Source of the DNA: an uncultured Gemmatimonadaceae bacterium
GTDB taxonomy: Bacteria > Gemmatimonadota > Gemmatimonadetes > Gemmatimonadales > Gemmatimonadaceae
Assembly (NCBI GenBank): GCA_963829055.1
Contig: CAWHHI010000008.1
Coordinates: 96,001-160,000, forward strand
Direction: 5' to 3'
Length of the DNA stretch: 64,000 nt
Part shown: in pieces, positions 60,563 through 64,000 of the stretch
Position numbering within the stretch: position 1 is the first letter of the stretch
How the letters are laid out: each line of letters starts with the position of its first letter
The notes under the pieces: generated by a model
Databases searched by the model: none
Seen by the model: the letters and a program-made list of their open reading frames with translations, nothing else
What the model was told of the DNA's origin: nothing
Made by a program: the position numbers and the translations under genes

Positions 60563-63409
60563 CTAGCGGCCGCGGCGACGACGCCCGCGCGGGGCCGCTC
60601 CGCCGGGACCTCGGCCGCGCGGCGGCGAGCCGTCACCGCCGGGACCGCAATGCCGCGGTCCACTGCCATCGCCGCGCCGCGCCGCCCTGCCCCGCGGCGG
60701 GCGCTTGTCACGGCGGAACTCGCCGGCAAGCTCGCGAACCCGTCGTTCATCGCGTGGCGTGAGGTCCGTCGACGGCTCGTCGCGCACGACTTCATCCGGC
60801 GACCACGGGCGGTCGAGCAGGTCCTGCAGCTCGGCGAGTGTCGTCGCGCGCACGGCGCCACGCGGCCCACGAAGCACCGTGAAGCGAATCGGGCGATCGA
60901 GCGCAGGCAACTCCTCTTCCGTCATCGTCCGCGCGAGCTTCTCCGGCAGGCGCAGCCTCGCGACGCCACGCGGTGTTCCGCTCACGTCCTCGACGTCGTA
61001 GTCGATGGGAACAGTGCGACCGCGGACGTCGACGGCATCCGGCAGCGCGAGGAAGGTCGCTCGCACGTCTGGAGCGACGATGGCATCGAAGTCGATCGGG
61101 AGCTGCGACGCCCGAAATTCGTCCATCGATCGCACACCCCCCAGTGCGCGCTCGTAGAGCGGCGTGAGCTCCGCCACTCCAAGGCGCGGAGTCGCGGCCC
61201 CTGAGCGTCGATAGACCTCGCGGATCTCCTCAATGACGGAGCGATGCCGCTTGAGCGCGGGATGGCGCGCCTCGCCACGCGCGAGCGAATCGGCGAGCAA
61301 GGATCTGATGCGATCCTCGAGCTCGGGCGGAAAATCGTCCAGCGGCTCATACTCGCGATCGAGCTCGAAGCCGTGGTACTGCAGCGTTCGTCGGAGCGCG
61401 AGCGACCCGTGCTTCCGGCGCGGATCGTAGACGACTTCGCCCGCCCCGCGGGTTGCATAACGCTGCACCAGCTCGGGCGGGATCTGCGTACCCTCGATCG
61501 ACGCGCGAGGAATACCGAATCGGTCAGCGAAGTAGCGAAGCTCTCCGGCGATCGGTCCCCAGCTGCCACACACGCTCGTCTTCGAAACGCGTGCTTCGTC
61601 GCCGTCGGCCGTCTGCTCGTCGATCACGAGGTCGAACGGCATGAAGCGCGCGAGCAGGTCGGCGAAGCGTCTGCGCGTGTCTTCGCGCGCATACGAGAGG
61701 TGATCCGGGAGCGGCAGGCCGACGCCACGGTAGACGCTCGCCATCGCGAGCGCGGCGTCCTCGATCGCCTTCACCAGCACGCCGCGCTGCTCAGCCCACT
61801 CCTCGATGCGCTCGTCGAACAGATGCCGAGGCAGCCCGTAGACTTCACCCATGTAGCCGGCGCTCGTGAACGCTTCGGCGTACACGTTGTAGGCCGTGAG
61901 GTGATCGCTCCCCGCGACGATCAGCCCCTCGAGATCGCGATCCTCGCGCGTCATGCGGTGCAGCGACTCGATCGAGCTCATCACGGCGAGATACGGAATC
62001 ATGTCGTCGTCCGCATTGACGACCAACTCCGCCCACGGCCGGTCCACCGGCAGTGCCTCGACCAGCTTGCCATAACGCGACAGCCGCCCGTTTTCGATGA
62101 TACCGCGCGATTCCAGATGGGCTACGGCCTCGCGATACGCGCGTCTGTCGAGCGCGATCGGGAGGTCCAGCTCGTCCGCGCGCACACCGAGGTCGGCACA
62201 CGTGAGCGCGACGCGTTCGGAATCACCGGCGAGCTGGAACTCGGGCTCTGTTGGGCGTAACGCGTAGAAATCGATGTCACGGTCGGACAGGATGAACACC
62301 CGCCCACCCTCCACGCGGCCGTGTACGCGGCCAGCCATCTGGAGGATCTCGTTCGCGCCGAGGTGCAGGCGCGTCAGCACGTTCTTTCCGCGCTCGATGA
62401 TGTTCGCGAACCGCGTGTCATCGATGATGACGGTATCGAGGCCCTTCACGTTCAGAGCGGACTGCCCGGCAGCGGTCATCGAGAGAAAAAACGGCTTCTC
62501 CGCCCCATCTTCGAGGAATGGACGGATGATGCGAATCGGCTCGCCGCCGTGATAGAACGCGCTCGTGATACGCGGGAACCGATCGGCCACATAGCGCGCA
62601 GCCTCCTCCACGGAGGCTCGCGTCGGCAGGAACATCCCGACGCCGCGCTGCTGCCTAACGACCTGTTGGAGGAACTTGTCGTTGAGGAACTGCACCGGCT
62701 GCTCGCGGACCACCTTCACCGACGCCGCCCGCTTCGGATCGAACGCGAAGCTCTGCACCACGGCGGTGGAGTTCAGATACCGCGCATAGAACGTCGGGTC
62801 GACCGTGGCCGATAGCCAGATGAACCGGCATCCGACGCGCTTTCCGAGCGCCAGACAGAGTTCCAGCTCAGCCGACGTCTGATGGATCTCGTCGACGATG
62901 AGCGTGTCGTTCTTCAGGATGTCGCCGTCCTGGAACCAGCGGCGCGCGATGCCGGTTGTGACGATGATCACGTTCCACGTCGGTGTCTCCGGCGTGGCCT
63001 CGCGCTCGCGGTTCACCACCCCGACGCGGAGGGGAGCGCGAAGGATTTCCTCCGCGATCGGTCTGACGGCGAGCGTTTTTCCCGTACCGGTGCCGGCCAC
63101 GATCCCGAAGGGGCGGCCGTCACGCGCGAGCGCGCGGACTTCCTCACCGTGTTCGCGCTCGAGGAACGTGTCGATGTGCAGCCCGAGCGCGATCTCGATC
63201 GTCTCGCATGCCGCGCGTGTGGGCGCGATGACGATCACGCGCCCCGTTGGGGGCTCCGCGGCGACGAACGCGCCGTGATCCGGCGGGAGCGAGCGGTCCT
63301 GGACCTGTCGAAGCACGAGTCGAAGGGGTGCAAAGACGAAGCCGTCGCTGGACGGGAGATCGAGCTCTCCGTTCGCGACGGCCTGGGCAATGTACTCCGC
63401 CTCACGCAT
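60563..63409 (-). CDS. DEAH-box (HrpA/HrpB-like) SF2 helicase
   Basis: GTGTGKT, DEIH, SAT and QMAGR motifs; Arg/Gly-rich tail. Confidence 0.8.
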   Translation of the reverse strand: MREAEYIAQAVANGELDLPSSDGFVFAPLRLVLRQVQDRSLPPDHGAFVAAEPPTGRVIVIAPTRAACETIEIALGLHIDTFLEREHGEEVRALARDGRPFGIVAGTGTGKTLAVRPIAEEILRAPLRVGVVNREREATPETPTWNVIIVTTGIARRWFQDGDILKNDTLIVDEIHQTSAELELCLALGKRVGCRFIWLSATVDPTFYARYLNSTAVVQSFAFDPKRAASVKVVREQPVQFLNDKFLQQVVRQQRGVGMFLPTRASVEEAARYVADRFPRITSAFYHGGEPIRIIRPFLEDGAEKPFFLSMTAAGQSALNVKGLDTVIIDDTRFANIIERGKNVLTRLHLGANEILQMAGRVHGRVEGGRVFILSDRDIDFYALRPTEPEFQLAGDSERVALTCADLGVRADELDLPIALDRRAYREAVAHLESRGIIENGRLSRYGKLVEALPVDRPWAELVVNADDDMIPYLAVMSSIESLHRMTREDRDLEGLIVAGSDHLTAYNVYAEAFTSAGYMGEVYGLPRHLFDERIEEWAEQRGVLVKAIEDAALAMASVYRGVGLPLPDHLSYAREDTRRRFADLLARFMPFDLVIDEQTADGDEARVSKTSVCGSWGPIAGELRYFADRFGIPRASIEGTQIPPELVQRYATRGAGEVVYDPRRKHGSLALRRTLQYHGFELDREYEPLDDFPPELEDRIRSLLADSLARGEARHPALKRHRSVIEEIREVYRRSGAATPRLGVAELTPLYERALGGVRSMDEFRASQLPIDFDAIVAPDVRATFLALPDAVDVRGRTVPIDYDVEDVSGTPRGVARLRLPEKLARTMTEEELPALDRPIRFTVLRGPRGAVRATTLAELQDLLDRPWSPDEVVRDEPSTDLTPRDERRVRELAGEFRRDKRPPRGRAARRGDGSGPRHCGPGGDGSPPRGRGPGGAAPRGRRRRGR

Positions 63410-63453
63410 CGCGGCGAACTAGCGCCGCGATGTCCTGCTTCACTACTGCAGTT

Positions 63454-63843
63454 CTACTGGTTCCGCGGCTGATCCGGCTTCACGGGCTTCCGATCGGGGG
63501 TGACCGTTTTCTCCGGAACCTCGGGCAACTTGCGCGGGGGCGGCTGCGGTGGTGGATCCTGTAACGATTTCACGAGCGGCAGCCGCGGATTCCGGGGCTC
63601 ATCGCTGTAGATGAGCCGTCCGTTGCGCGGCAGATTGCGGGCAGCACTCGCGCAATCCGTCGGGGCGGGTTGCTGCGCCGGCGGAACGTTCTCCAGCCAG
63701 ATGCGGCACATCCCCGGCGGCGGGAGATGCGTGCGCGGGACGGATGTCTTTGGGTCCTGAGGTTGAGGCCGCGCCTGAGCTTCCAGCGAGGCGCCACCAG
63801 CCACCATCGCGGCAAACACGAGCGCATACAGACTGCGTTTCAT
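63454..63843 (-). CDS. Secreted Pro-rich hypothetical protein
   Basis: GGAG RBS; signal peptide MKRSLYAL; PPPGMCRIW..PP..QP.PTDC motif. Confidence 0.7.
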   Translation of the reverse strand: MKRSLYALVFAAMVAGGASLEAQARPQPQDPKTSVPRTHLPPPGMCRIWLENVPPAQQPAPTDCASAARNLPRNGRLIYSDEPRNPRLPLVKSLQDPPPQPPPRKLPEVPEKTVTPDRKPVKPDQPRNQ

Positions 63844-63883
63844 TGACGCTCCAGAAAAACTGCAAGACGACGACAACTGTACA

Positions 63884-63899
63884 GGCACACCTGGTGCCG
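63884..63899 (-). promoter_or_regulatory. Possible sigma54 promoter
   Basis: Minus strand CGGCACCAGGTGTGCC = GG-N10-GC, about 40 bp upstream of the ATG. Confidence 0.4.
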
Positions 63900-64000
63900 C
63901 TTTGCCGACGTCGGCGCCTTCCCGTAACCGAATCCTATTCAACGCTTTAGAAAGCGCAATCAAGCGGTCTCTCCGTCTGCCGTCCGCCTATGAGGACGAC

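Larger units (their letters stand above)
549..62660. repeat. Dispersed over-represented octamer RCCTAACR (GCCTAACG/CGTTAGGC), 42 CCTAAC-core sites counted by hand
   Basis: Sites start at 549, 2128, 3798, 3860, 5799, 6832, 7753, 8523, 8844, 10141, 10958, 11216, 11480, 18073, 21023, 22024, 22438, 23871, 25215, 25779, 26748, 28131, 32191, 32313, 33851, 34671, 34785, 35781, 40581, 40673, 43120, 47595, 48776, 50727, 51642, 55132, 55760, 58044, 60012, 60450, 60531, 62653. Confidence 0.85.

Noticed and set aside
549..62660. TTAGGC as a telomere-like repeat, CRISPR repeat or REP element
   Set aside because: Copies are single, 8 bp, irregularly spaced and mostly inside genes; there is no tandem array, spacer structure or cas gene.

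Overview
High-GC (about two-thirds G+C by eye) bacterial chromosome segment, probably Gemmatimonadota (inferred from gene content and protein style). It holds about 55 genes: dacB, gyrA, a diguanylate cyclase, sucB-lpdA, a serB/class V aminotransferase/serA cluster, an ECF sigma factor, an orphan adenine methyltransferase, an orphan Flp pilin, otsA-otsB-GH15 trehalose genes, a XdhC/MoeA-like/IscU/MocA cluster, ispH, an LD-carboxypeptidase and a DEAH helicase. I saw no rRNA, tRNA, CRISPR array or transposase. The strongest unexplained signal is a non-palindromic octamer, RCCTAACR (mostly GCCTAACG/CGTTAGGC). I counted 42 CCTAAC-core sites by hand, on both strands and in all reading frames, where they use rare codons and stop codons; this looks like a DNA-uptake-sequence or HIP1-type genome signal. 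Second is a glycan locus (GH1, GT, GH1-RmlD fusion, eukaryote-type UDP-galactopyranose mutase) with a sigma54-like promoter. Seven genes carry apparent single-base insertions, most likely long-read errors.
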